This document shows positions 17,641-29,900 of a stretch of DNA of 48,466 bases, in pieces. The stretch's first letter is position 1. The number at the start of each line of letters is the position of its first letter. The stretch is from the NCBI GenBank assembly GCA_031366795.1, contig JANLOX010000242.1:1-48466 (forward strand), given 5' to 3'. The position numbers and the translations under genes were made by a program. This DNA is from Candidatus Eiseniibacteriota bacterium. GTDB lineage: Bacteria > Eisenbacteria > RBG-16-71-46. Below the pieces are notes generated by a model. It ran no database searches. It was given only the letters and a program-made list of their open reading frames with translations, and was not told where the DNA came from.

Positions 17641-17926
17641 CATTCCTGTCCCGTGGCGACCGCTGGGCACCCTCTGCCCGCGTTCGGCCGCAACCACAGA
17701 CACGTGCCACATGGATCGGGAGCACCTATCGACCGTCGCTGCGGACGGTTGCACCTCTCCTTGAGCTCGAAGAAATCATACTGCCCCGTGCCCCGGCACG
17801 AGGCCTGCCGTTCAGGATCTCTAAGATGCCCGCATCCTTGCTCCCACCAGATCCTTACGCGCCTCCTCCGTGTCCGTGACGACACCGTTGACCGGGCACA
17901 GCCCCGGGAGTCTCTCGAGGGCCCAA

Positions 17927-20900
17927 ATGTGCCCGCCGGCGAAGCGCCGTCGCGCGCGCATAGCCTCGTTCGTCCTGTGTGTCGCGGTGTCACTGGCCGT
18001 CTCGTCCGGGATCGCGCACGCGGACCGGCGTTGGACCGGCCTGGGCGATGGCACCAGCTGGAGCGCCGCCGCGAACTGGGAAGGCAATGCCGTTCCGGGA
18101 GTGGCGGACGACATTCGGCTCGATCACGCGTTCGTGGCCGGCGCCTACACCGTGCAGCTGCCGGGTGGAAGTGCCACCACCAGCCTGCACCGGCTGTCGA
18201 TCGTTCCTGGCAATGCGGTCGCGATCACCCTGGTGCTGCCCGCGACGAACATCGGTAATCCCGGGCTCAAGGCAGGGGACAACCTGGCCGGCACCGATGA
18301 CATCATCCTCGGAACCGGCGCCGTGCTGGTCAACGCATCGAGCGCGAGCTTCGGCAACGGAATCGAGGCGAACTCGGTCGCGAACGGCAGCGTGCGCATC
18401 GAGAACGGCGGCCGCTACCTGCACAGCACGCAGCGCGCGACGTCGGGCATCGTGCAATTGCTGTCCACCGCTCCCGGCACCGAGTTGGGCGTCTTCGAGT
18501 TCGACGTCCCCAGCACCAACAACTACACCATCAGCGCGGCGGGGCGCACGTACGGGAGCCTGACCCTGACGCGCAGCGCGGGGGCTGCTTCCTACACCGC
18601 GCTGGGCAGCACGGAATTCCGGGTGCGCGGCAACCTGCGCATCAATCCGGGCGTTTCGCTCGCGTCGTCAATGACGGGCACCTTCCGTCTGGGCGGCAAC
18701 TTCTCCAATGACGGAACACAGGCAGCACTCCCGTCGAACCAGGCGACGATCTTCGACGGGCCCGGTGTGCAGATTCTCTCGGGTGGATCCGGACTCACCA
18801 TCAACGGCAATGCCACGATCCAGCCGGGGACGACCTTGGCCGTCGACAATCGCCAGTTCTTCGCGAATGGGGTGCTCAACATCAATGGCCGGCTGCGCGT
18901 GGATGTCGACGTGACGCCGGGTGGCGTCGGAACCTTTGTGTACGGCAGCGGGACCGGCGAGCTGGAACTCAACAGCCCCACACTCCCGCTCAGCGTGACG
19001 GCGCTCAACCAGCGCTGTTGGCCCGCGATCGCCGGCCCTTCGGTCGTCTACGTACGCGGCGCCGGGCTTTCGCTCGAGTTGGCGCGCACGGTTTCGCAGC
19101 TGCTCAGCATCTCAGCGCCGGTGTCCGGCGCCCAGCTTCTTACCGTGACCGGAACCCTCGAGCGGAACGCAGGCGCAACGTTGAATGCCTCGCCGGCCTA
19201 TGGCCCCGCGAGCACACTCCGCTACGCGAGCGGTGCGAGCCCGGGAGTGGAATGGATCGCCGGCGGCACCGTGGGTGCCGGCGTGCCGCACGATGTCGTG
19301 GTCGATTGCGGTACCGGCAGCGTCATCCTGCCCGCCTCCGGGCGCATCGTTCCCGGGAGCCTCAGCATCCTGAGCGGCACGCTCTGGTATGACTCCGACA
19401 CCGGCATGCTCAGTGTGCGGGGCGACGCGAATCTCCAGGGCGGGCTATGGACGTTTGGCCGGCCGTTGACGCTTGATGGCACCGGCCTGCAGTTGCTGTC
19501 GGGCGCCGATGCGCTCGCGTCGGTGCCGCTGCGCATCGCCAAATCCGCGGGCTCGGTGCGGCTCGCCAGTGATGTGAAGATTCACTCGGGTCTCCTGTTC
19601 GACGGGGGAGCCGGAGACGTGCTGGATCTCGATGGACACGAACTGTCCCTCGATGGCGCCGTGGGCGGGACTCACTCCGGCGGTGTCCTGCGCGGTAGCG
19701 CCCAGTCGAGCCTCGAGATCGGTCCCGGAGGGGTCGCGACTCCTATTGCATTCACGAGCGGTGGAGCCATGCTGCACCGGCTGACCGTGGACGGTCCGCC
19801 TGAGATCGCGGCATTCACGCTAGGCGCGGACTTGACCGTGCTCGATTCGCTCGTGCTGGTGTCCGGCCGCGTCGCCACGGATTTACATGTGCTCACGCTG
19901 GCCGTCAACGGCGTGATCGAGCAGACGGCAGGGTGGGTGCACGGTCAACTGGCCGAAGGGGTGCCGGCCGGCAACGGAGCCACCTTGCTGTTCGCGGTGG
20001 GTGATTCGCTCGCCTACGCGCCGGCCACGCTCGTCTTCGCCACCGTCACCGCCTCGGGCATGCTCACGCTCTCGACCACGCATGGTGATCATCCGCAGCT
20101 TGCGTCAGGCTCGAACATCGATCCCGGCCACAGCGTGAACCGCGTTTGGCACCTCGCCTCGAGTGGCTTCGGCTTCACGACCTACTTTACGCATCTCGAA
20201 TTCAATGCCGCCGACGTCGACGACAATTCGGATCCGTTGCACTTCGGCATCGCGCGCTATACCGGCAGCGGTTGGGTCGGGACGACTCCGGGTGGGCGTA
20301 CCATGACCTCGGCGGAGGCCAACGGGCTCGATGGACTCGGGGACCTCGCCATCGGCGCCGTGCCGACGTACACGCTGTCCGCGACGAGCAATGGGAATGG
20401 CACGGTCGCGGTCACGCCGTTATTGACGTCCTACACTTGGGGCGAAATCGTCCGGCTGAACGCCGCCGCCTTTCCCGGCTACCAGCTCGGCCAGTGGGGC
20501 GGCGACGCCACCGGCAACGACAATCCGCTCGACCTGGTGATGGACGGCAACAAGAGCATCCAGGCCACCTTCGCGATCAACCAGTATGCGGTCGATCTCG
20601 CGATCGTCGGCCACGGCACGGTGAGCCGTTCGTTGGACCAGCCGCTGTACGACCACGGCACGCCGCTGGCCCTGACCGGCGCCGCCGATCCGCACTGGCA
20701 CTTCCAGAACTGGACCGGGTCGCTGACCAGCGCCAGCAATCCGCTGAACCTGACGGTCACCTCGGCGTTGAGCCTGACCGCAACGTTCAAGCTCGACACC
20801 TTCGCGGTGACGGTGACGCCGACGGCGGGCGGCACGGTGACCCGCGTGCCGTACCGGGCGTTCTATGCGTACGGTGACACCACCGTGCTCACGGCGAAAC

Positions 20901-23900
20901 CGGTCACGGGGTACGCGTTCGTGAGCTGGGGGGGCGGCGCATCGGGCAGCGCCAATCCACTCACCATCACGATCGACACGACGAAGGTGATCACGGCGGC
21001 GTTCGCCATCAATGGTTATTCACTGGTGACCAGCGTGACGGGCAATGGCAGCCTCATTCGCAGCCCCGACCTGGCGACCTACAATCACGGGACGCCGGTG
21101 ACGCTGACGGCGACCGCGGGTTCGCAATACCATTTCGTGGGCTACAGCGGGGACACGACCACCACGACCAATCCGCTGTCGTTCATCATGACCGGCAGCC
21201 GTTCGGTCACGGCGACATTCGCCATCGATACCCGCGCGCTCACGACCTTGGTCGTGGGTTCCGGCAGCGTGCTGCGCGAGCCCGACCTCGCCGCGTACCC
21301 GATTGGCAGTTCGGTTCAACTCACCGCAGTTCCCAACCCGGGCCAGGCATTCGCCGGCTGGACGGGTGACACGACGGCCTTCACGAACCCCAGCACGCTG
21401 GTGATGAATACCAACCGTTCGGTCACTGCGACGTTCGAGGCGAACACGCCCAAGTACTGGACAGGGTTGGGCGATGGCGTCAGCTGGGGCGATGGACTCA
21501 ATTGGATTCGCAACACGCCCCCGGTGCTGGCCGACGAAGTCATCCTCGACAACAGCATGCTCGGGACCGATTTCCTCGTGCAGTTGCCCGCAGGAAGCAG
21601 CCCGGTGCTCGTGCACCGCCTGTCGATCCGGCCGGCGGCGAGCCACACCATCACCTTGAAGCTGCCCGCTACGAATACGGCGAATCCCGGGCTCGCCGTG
21701 GGAGATAGCCTCGCGGGCACCGACGACATCATCGTGGGTTCAGGCGGCGTCCTCATCAACGCCTCGGGCGCCTCGGCCGGCAATGGGATCCAGACCGCGA
21801 CGGTCGGCAATGGAGGTGTGCGAATCGAGGACGGCGGCCGCTACGTGCATGCATCGCTGCGCTCGGCCTCCGGCGTGGTGCCCGTCCTCAGCACGGCCAC
21901 CGGCACCGAACAAGGAATCTGTGAATACGACGTCCCGGGCACCGCGAACTGGAATGTGAGCCTCTCGGGCCGCACCTACGGCAGCCTCGTGTTGACGCGC
22001 ACAGCGGGGGCCGCCACCTATGGCGCCTTAGGCTCCAGCGCCAGCCGCATTCGGGGCGCCCTGCGTATCAATTCCAATGTGACGTTCGCGCCCTCGCTCA
22101 CGGGCACGCTCGAGTTGCGGGGCGACGTCGTGAGCAATGGCGCGCCGCTCATGTTGCCTGCCGCTGTGCCATTGTTGGTTTCGGGCTCGAGCTTGCAGAC
22201 ACTGTCGGGTAGCTCGAGCATCCAATTCGCCGGTGCCACGACGATCGCGGCGGGCGCCACGCTCGCCTTGTCCTCCAGTGCATTCACCAACTCGGGCACC
22301 CTCGTCATCAACGGTGTGTTGCGCCTGCTGGATGGGGCGGTCCCCGCGGGGGCGGGAACCTACGTCTACGATGCCACCACGGGCACGTTGGAGATCGCGG
22401 CCCAGAACGCTCCGTACTCCATCGACACCGGAAACTATTGGCCGGTATCGAGCAGCCCCGCGCTGGTGCGGGTGATGGCGGCCGGCGCCACAATCAAGAT
22501 CGCTCACTCGGTCGCCCACACACTGTCGGTCCTGGCGCCGCTCACGGGCGCCGGCCTGCTCAGCATTGATGGCACCCTGGAAATGGCGGCCGGGGGCGCG
22601 GTCAGCGGCGCGCCGGTCTACCAGAGCGGCTCGATTCTCCGCTACATCGCTCCGCAGACGACCGGGCCTGAATGGACCACGGCCGGTGGGGTGGGCGCCG
22701 GGGCCCCATACCACGTCGACATTGCCCTTGCTGCCGCCGAGGTGCTGCATCTGACCGCGGTCGAGCACAGTGTGTTCGGCAACCTGACGCTGAGCGGCGG
22801 CACCTGCCAGCTGAATGCACTCGGCGGCCATTTGGTGCTGAACGGAAATCTGTCAGGCGCCGGCTCGATGGATACGAATGACCGCTCGTTCCTGTTGCGC
22901 GGTGTCGCGACGCAAACCTTGTCGACCGCGAACCCCTTGACACTCGACTACCTGCGCATCGAGAAGGCCGGGGGCCAGGTGCTCGCGCAGACCGACATGA
23001 CGCTGGTGGGCGCAGGGGGCGACGCCCTCGACTTCAATGGCTCGGGCGGCGACTTCCTGTCCTTCGATGGCCACACGCTCACGCTGAAGGGAGCCGTCGG
23101 CGGCTCAGATGCCACGGGCGCCATCCGGGGCAACAACAACTCGAGTCTCGTGCTGGCGGGATCCAACAACATGGGAATCCTCAAGCTGGCCGCCAGTTCC
23201 CAGACGCTCGCCTCGCTGCGGATCAACATCGCCGGCGCCTCGCCGCTGATCACCCTCGGCAGTCCCCTCACCGTGATCAACTCGCTGTTGCTCGACCAGG
23301 GAGTGCTGGCGACGGGGGCGAACGTGCTCACAGTGTTCAGTGGCGCCACGGTGACCCGCGCGAGCGGCTACGTCAACGGCAAGCTGGCGCGCCAGGTCAA
23401 CGCGGGCGCCAACGTGCCGGCCAACTTCGACGTCGGCGATGGCGGCTATGCGCCGGTCACCCTGTTGTTCCACGCCGTCACGACGTCGGGCACGGTGCAG
23501 GTCACGACCACCGCGGGCGACCACCCGAATCTCGCTTCGGTGGCACTGGATTCGCTGCACAGCGTCAACCGCTACTGGACGCTGTCGACCAGCGCGGTGG
23601 TGTTCGACAGCACCACCGCCACCTTCGGATTTTCCGCAGCCGATGTCGACCCGGGTTCGGACCCGCTGGGGTTCGAGGTGCGGCGCTACTCAGGCGGCTG
23701 GACACGCCCGATTCCGGGACTGCGCACCGCGACGAGCACCGCGGTGACGGGCCTGACGAGTCTGGGTGATTTCGCCGTTGCACGTCCGCTGGTTTACAGC
23801 CTCAACGTCTCGAGCACAGCAGGCGGCTCGGTGGCGAAGGTGCCGAACCAATCAGCTTACGACGCCGGTACGGCCGTGACCGTCACCGCGACCAACCAGC

Positions 23901-26900
23901 CCGGCTACCACTTCACCGGCTGGACGCAGAGTGTGACCGGCACCACGAACCCCTTGAACTTCGTGATGAACTCGGACCTCACGCTGACGGCGAACTTCCA
24001 GGTCAACGGACCGAAGCAGTGGGTCGGTGCGACCGCCGGCGGCGACGGTGTGACGTGGCCGAGCCCGCTGAACTGGACCGATGGCGCCACGCCGATCGCC
24101 AGCGAAGAAGTGATCCTCGACAATACCTTTGTCACCGGGACTTACTCGCTCGCGTTGCCCGCGGGCACCACGACGCTGTTGCGCCTGACGATCTCGCCTT
24201 CGGTGGGCCGCACCATCACGCTCAACCTGCCGGCCACGAACACGGCCAACCCGGGGTTGCTGGTGGGCGATGGCTCCGGCCTGAGCGACGACATCGTATT
24301 GGGTTCGGGGGCCGTGCTGAAGAATTCCTCGGGTGCTGCGGCGGGCAGCGGGATCGCCTTCAACACCTCCAGCAATTCGGTGTTCCGCATCAATGGTGGG
24401 GGCCGCTATGTCCACAACACGGCGCGCTCCGCCTCGGCGCTCACCGCGCTGTTGTCCGCGGCTGCCGGCACCGAAACAGGCGAGTTCGAATACGATGTCG
24501 CGGGCACCGCGAACTACGCGATCGATGCCTCGGGCGCCACGTACGGCGCCCTGACGCTGACGCGCTCCGCCGGGGCCGCGACGTACACCGCCGCGGGGGG
24601 CAACGCGCTGACCGTGCGCGGCGCCCTCAAGACGAACGCCGGTATCACGCTGGCCTCGACGATGTCGGGCGCGCTGAACCTTGCCGGCGACCTCACCGTC
24701 AATGGCGCGGCGCTGACGATCCCCGCGACGCAGGTGGTGAACTTCAACGCCAACGGGGTGCAGGTCGTCTCCGGTGCGGTCAGCATCACACTGGCCGGCA
24801 ATTCGACCGTCGCGGCGGGTGCCACCGCGGCGATCGCCGCCGCCAGCTTCCTCAACAACGGTACCCTGACGATCAACGGTGCGCTGCAGCTGAACCAGAG
24901 CGGCGTGCCCGCGGGCACCGGCACCTACAGTTATTCCGCCGCGACCGGCACGCTGATCTTCAACAACACCTCGGGCACCGTCGCCGTATCGTCGACGAGT
25001 CCCTTCTGGCCGGCGTCCAACAGTCCTACCAACGTGACGGTCCAGGGTGGCGGTGGCATCAGCCTCGGGTCCGTGGTGGCACGTACGATTCCCGGTGTGC
25101 TGCGCATTGGAGCACCGCTATCGCGCGCGGGTGTACTCACCTGCACCGGTACCGTGCAGATGAACTCGGGCGGCTCGATTTCCATCAGCGCGCCCAAGTA
25201 CTCGGGCACCCCGACCCTGGTCTACGCCGCCAGCCTTAGCGTCGGCATCGAGTGGTCCAGCGGAACCTTCGTGGGAATTGGCGTGCCGCAACATGTCTCC
25301 ATCGCCAACGGCACGGTGAACATGCCCAACTCGGATCGCGACGTGTTGGGCAACCTGACCATCTCGAATGGCGCGGCCCTAGTCTGTAGTGCCAGCCTCG
25401 GCAATCTCAACCTGCACGGCAACCTCACCTGTGATGGCGGCCTGACGCCGAACGGGCGCACCGTCCAGTTCACAGGCTCGACGCTGCAGACGGTGGGCGG
25501 CACGACGGAGATGGGGCTGAATTTCGTAAGCATCAACAAGGCCGGGGGCTCGGTGCAGTTGCTCAACGACCTCGCCATCACCGGCACCTCGGCGACCAGC
25601 CTGGCGTTCAATGGTTCGACGGGCGACATCCTCAATCTCAATGGGCGATCGCTGACGGTCGCCGGTGCCATCGGCGGCACGGACCCGACCGCGAAATTCT
25701 CCGGCACCACGAGCTCGGTGCTCGTGCTCAATGGGGACGCCGCGATCGGATCGATCCAGTTCTCCGCCGGGGCCCAGAGCCTCAAGCACCTGACGTTCGG
25801 CGGCGCTGCCCCCACATTGACACTGGCCAGCCCGCTCACGCTCAGCGGCACGCTGTCATTGGGCGCGGCCAAGCTCACCAACGCCACGAATACACTTTCG
25901 ATGGCTGCGGGCGGAGCCGTCACGCGGACCACGGGATTCGTGCTCGGTAACCTGAGCAAGTCGTTGGCCTCGGGCAGTGGCGTTACCGCGAACTTCGAGG
26001 TCGGCACCGGCACCGCGTATACCCCCGTCGCGGTAAGCTTCGGTTCGATCACGGCGGCGGGGACCCTGACGGTCAGCACCACCGCGACGGAGCATCCGCA
26101 GATCGCCACCTCGAGCATTGACGCGACCCGCTCGCTCAACCGCTATTGGACGCTCACCAATGGTGGCCTGGTGTTCAACCAGTACAGCGGCACCTTCACG
26201 TTCGTCCCCGCCGACCTCGACGCCACCGCCGATCCGCTGACCTTCCTCGCACGCCGCTTCTCTGCTTCGGCATGGAACGCCGCCACGATGGGCACACCCA
26301 ACTCAACGAGCACCCAGGTCACGGGTGCGACCGCCTTCGGCGACTATGCCTTCGGTGCCCAGGCGCAGTTCACGGTCAATTTGTCGACGCTCGGCAATGG
26401 CACGGTGGCCAAGAACCCGGGCACCGCCACCTACACCTATGGCCAGGTCGTGGCCCTCACGGCGACGCCTAATTCCGGGCAGGCGTTCGTGTCGTGGAGC
26501 GGTGACACCACCACCCTAACCAACCCGCTGTCGATCGTGGTGACGCGTAATCGTTCGCTCACCGCGAACTTCACCTACACCATGACCACGGCCGTCGTGG
26601 GCGGGGGCTCGGTGGCCAAGAGCCCGAACCTCACGGCCTACACACCCGGCACGGTGGTGAGCCTGACCGCGACGCCCACGACGGGTTACAACTTCAGCGC
26701 CTGGAGCGGCGACACGGTCGCCGCGGGGAACCCGATCTCGCTGGCGATGACCTCGAACCGCAGCGTGACCGCGACCTTCGCGCTCAAGACTTACACCATC
26801 ACGCTGGCGAACGTGGGCAACGGCACCGCGGCGAAAAGCCCGGACCAGGCGACTTACACGCACGGCTCGGCCGTGACGCTGACCGCCACGCCGGCCGGTG

Positions 26901-29900
26901 GCAATTCGTTCGTCTCATGGAGCGGCGATACCGCGACGGCGACGAACCCGCTCAACATCGTCGTCACCAAGAACCGGACGCTGACCGCCAACTTCACCTG
27001 GGCGCTGAACACGGCGGTCTCCGGCGGAGGCAGTGTCGCGCGCAACCCCAACCTGGCCGCTTACAACCCCGGCACCTCGGTGACACTGACACCGACACCC
27101 AGCGTCGGCTGGAATTTCACGGGCTGGACGGGCGATACCACGACCGCGAACGCGTCGCTGGTGTTCGTCATGAACAAGAACCGCAGCTACACCGCGAATT
27201 TCGCCCTGAACACCTACACGGTCACGCTGACGGATGTGGGGAACGGCACCTCCGCGCGCAATCCTGCGCAGGCGAACTACACCTACGGCTCGACCGTGGT
27301 GCTCACCGCCGTACCGATTGCCGGCAATGCCTTCGTGTCGTGGAGCGGCGACACCGCAACCACCACGAATCCCTTGAGCATCGTGGTGACGAAGAATCGC
27401 GCGCTCACCGCCAACTACACCTATTCGCTGACCACCGCGCTCAGCGGCAATGGGTCGATCGGTGTGGCGCCCAGCCAGAGCGCATTCAACGCCGGGACTC
27501 CGGTGACGCTGACCGCCACGGCGGGCGTGGGCTCGACGTTCTCAGGGTGGACGGGGGACACCACCACGGCGACCAATCCGCTCGCGCTGGTGATGACACG
27601 CAATCGCAGCCTGACCGCGAACTTCACGCTGCAGACCTACACCGTGACGTTGGCCGCGCTCGGCAACGGCGCCGCAGCCAAGGCGCCCGTTCAGGCCAAC
27701 TACACCTATGGCTCGACCGTCACGCTGACCGGCACCCCCAGCGCCGGCAATGCGTTCGTGGCGTGGAGCGGTGACACCGCGACCTCCACCAATCCGCTGA
27801 GCCTCGTGGTAACGCGCAACCGCTCACTCACCGCGAACTTCACCTTCGCGCTGGTGACCGCGGTGGCGGGCAACGGCAGTGTGGCCGTCAGTCCGAACCA
27901 GACCGCATTTGTCGCGGGCTCAGCCGCCACCCTCACCGCGACGCCGGCGACGGGCTACAGCTTCACGGGATGGACCGGTGACACGACGGCTGCCACCAAC
28001 CCACTCAACCTGGTGATCACGCGCAATCGCAGCCTCACCGCGAACTTCGCGATCAACAGCTACACGCTGAGCGTCAACATCTCAGGCTCGGGCTCGGTAC
28101 TGCAGAGTCCCAACCAGCCGAGCTACACGCATGGCACCTCCGTGACCCTGACAGCCACACCGCAGCCGGGATTCAACTTCGCGGGCTGGAGCGGGGACAC
28201 GGCGGCGGTGACCAACCCGCTCTCGATCGTGATGACGCGTAACCGCAGCCTCACCGCGACGTTCGCGATCAACCAGTACACCGTCGTGGGCTCGGTGGCC
28301 GGCAGTGGCGCCGTGGCGCTGTCCCCGAACCTCGCCAATTACAACTACGGCTTTACGGTCAGCCTGAGCGCCACGCCGGATGCCGGCTGGCACTTCACGG
28401 GCTGGACTGGGGATACGACCACCGTGACGAATCCGCTGTCGATGGTCGTCACGCGCAATCGCGCGCTCACCGGCAACTTCGCGATCGACACCCACACCCT
28501 GACCGTCACGACGGTGGGCAGCGGTAGTGTCGCGCGCAACCCGAACCTGGCGAATTACAACTATGGCACCGTAGTCGCGCTCACAGTGACGCCCGCGCCG
28601 GGATGGAGTTTTACCGGCTGGACGGGTGATGTCGTCTCCGCCGCCAACTCTGTCAATGTAACGCTGGACGCCAACCGCAGTGTTACCGCGACCTTTACGA
28701 TTGATACCCACGTGCTGAACCTCACCACCGTGGGCAGCGGCGCAATCGCGAAGTCACCGGATCTCGCGGCCTACGACTACGGCACCGTCGTGACACTCAC
28801 CGCGACTCCCCCGGCCGGCTGGCACTTTGGCGGCTACACCGGCGACCTGGTGACAGGGACGAACCCCGCGACGGTCACGATGAACGCCGACCGCGCGGTG
28901 TCGGGTACATTCGTGCAAGACAACTACGCGCTCGCAGTGACGATCGTGGGTAGCGGCACGGTCGCCAGGTCGCCCGACCTCGCCAGCTATCCCTCGGGCA
29001 CGCTGGTCGCGCTGACGGCCACTCCGCTCGCGGCCTATCACTTCGTCGGTTGGAGCGGCGATCTCGTCTCCGCCTCGAATCCCGTCTCAATCACCATGAA
29101 TGCCGCGCGCGCCGTGACCGCGACGTTCGCGCTCGACACACACGCGCTGGCCGTGGCCATCGTGGGCAGCGGCGCGGTGAGCCGCAGCCCGAATCTCGCC
29201 AACGTGCCGCAGGGCACGGTCATGACGTTGACCGCCACGCCGCAGACCGGCTGGAGCTTTGCCGGGTGGAGTGGTGACACTACGACCGCCACCAATCCGC
29301 TCGTGCTGACCGTCGTCTCCGACCTCAATTTCACCGCGACGTTCACGCTGAACAGCTACACGCTCTCGAGCGCCGTCAGTGGGAATGGCGGCATCGACAT
29401 CTCGCCCAATCTCGCGAGTTATCCGCACGGCACTTCCGTCACGCTCACCGCCACGCCCGATGCGGGCTGGCAGTTCGCGGGTTGGACCGGCGACACCACG
29501 GCTGTCGCCCCAGGCCTCGCACTGGTCATGACGCGCAACCGCTCGCTGGCCGCCAACTTCACGGTGCTCACCTACACCCTGGCCGTGACGAGCAGCGGCA
29601 GTGGCGGTGTGGTGCGCACACCGAGCCAGGCCAACTACGCCGCGTTCACCCCGGTCACGCTCACCGCCACCGCCACGGGCGGCAACAACTTCCTCGGTTG
29701 GAGCGGCGATACCACCGCCAACTCGCCGAGCTTGTCGCTCACCATGACGCGCAATCGCACGCTCACCGCGACCTTCACGTATTCCCTGACGCTCGCCGTG
29801 GTGGGATCGGGCTCGGTATCGCGGGTGCCTTCCGCATGGGTGTACGCACCCGGCACGATCGTGGCGCTGACGCCCACGCCGTCGGCGGGCTACCACTTCA

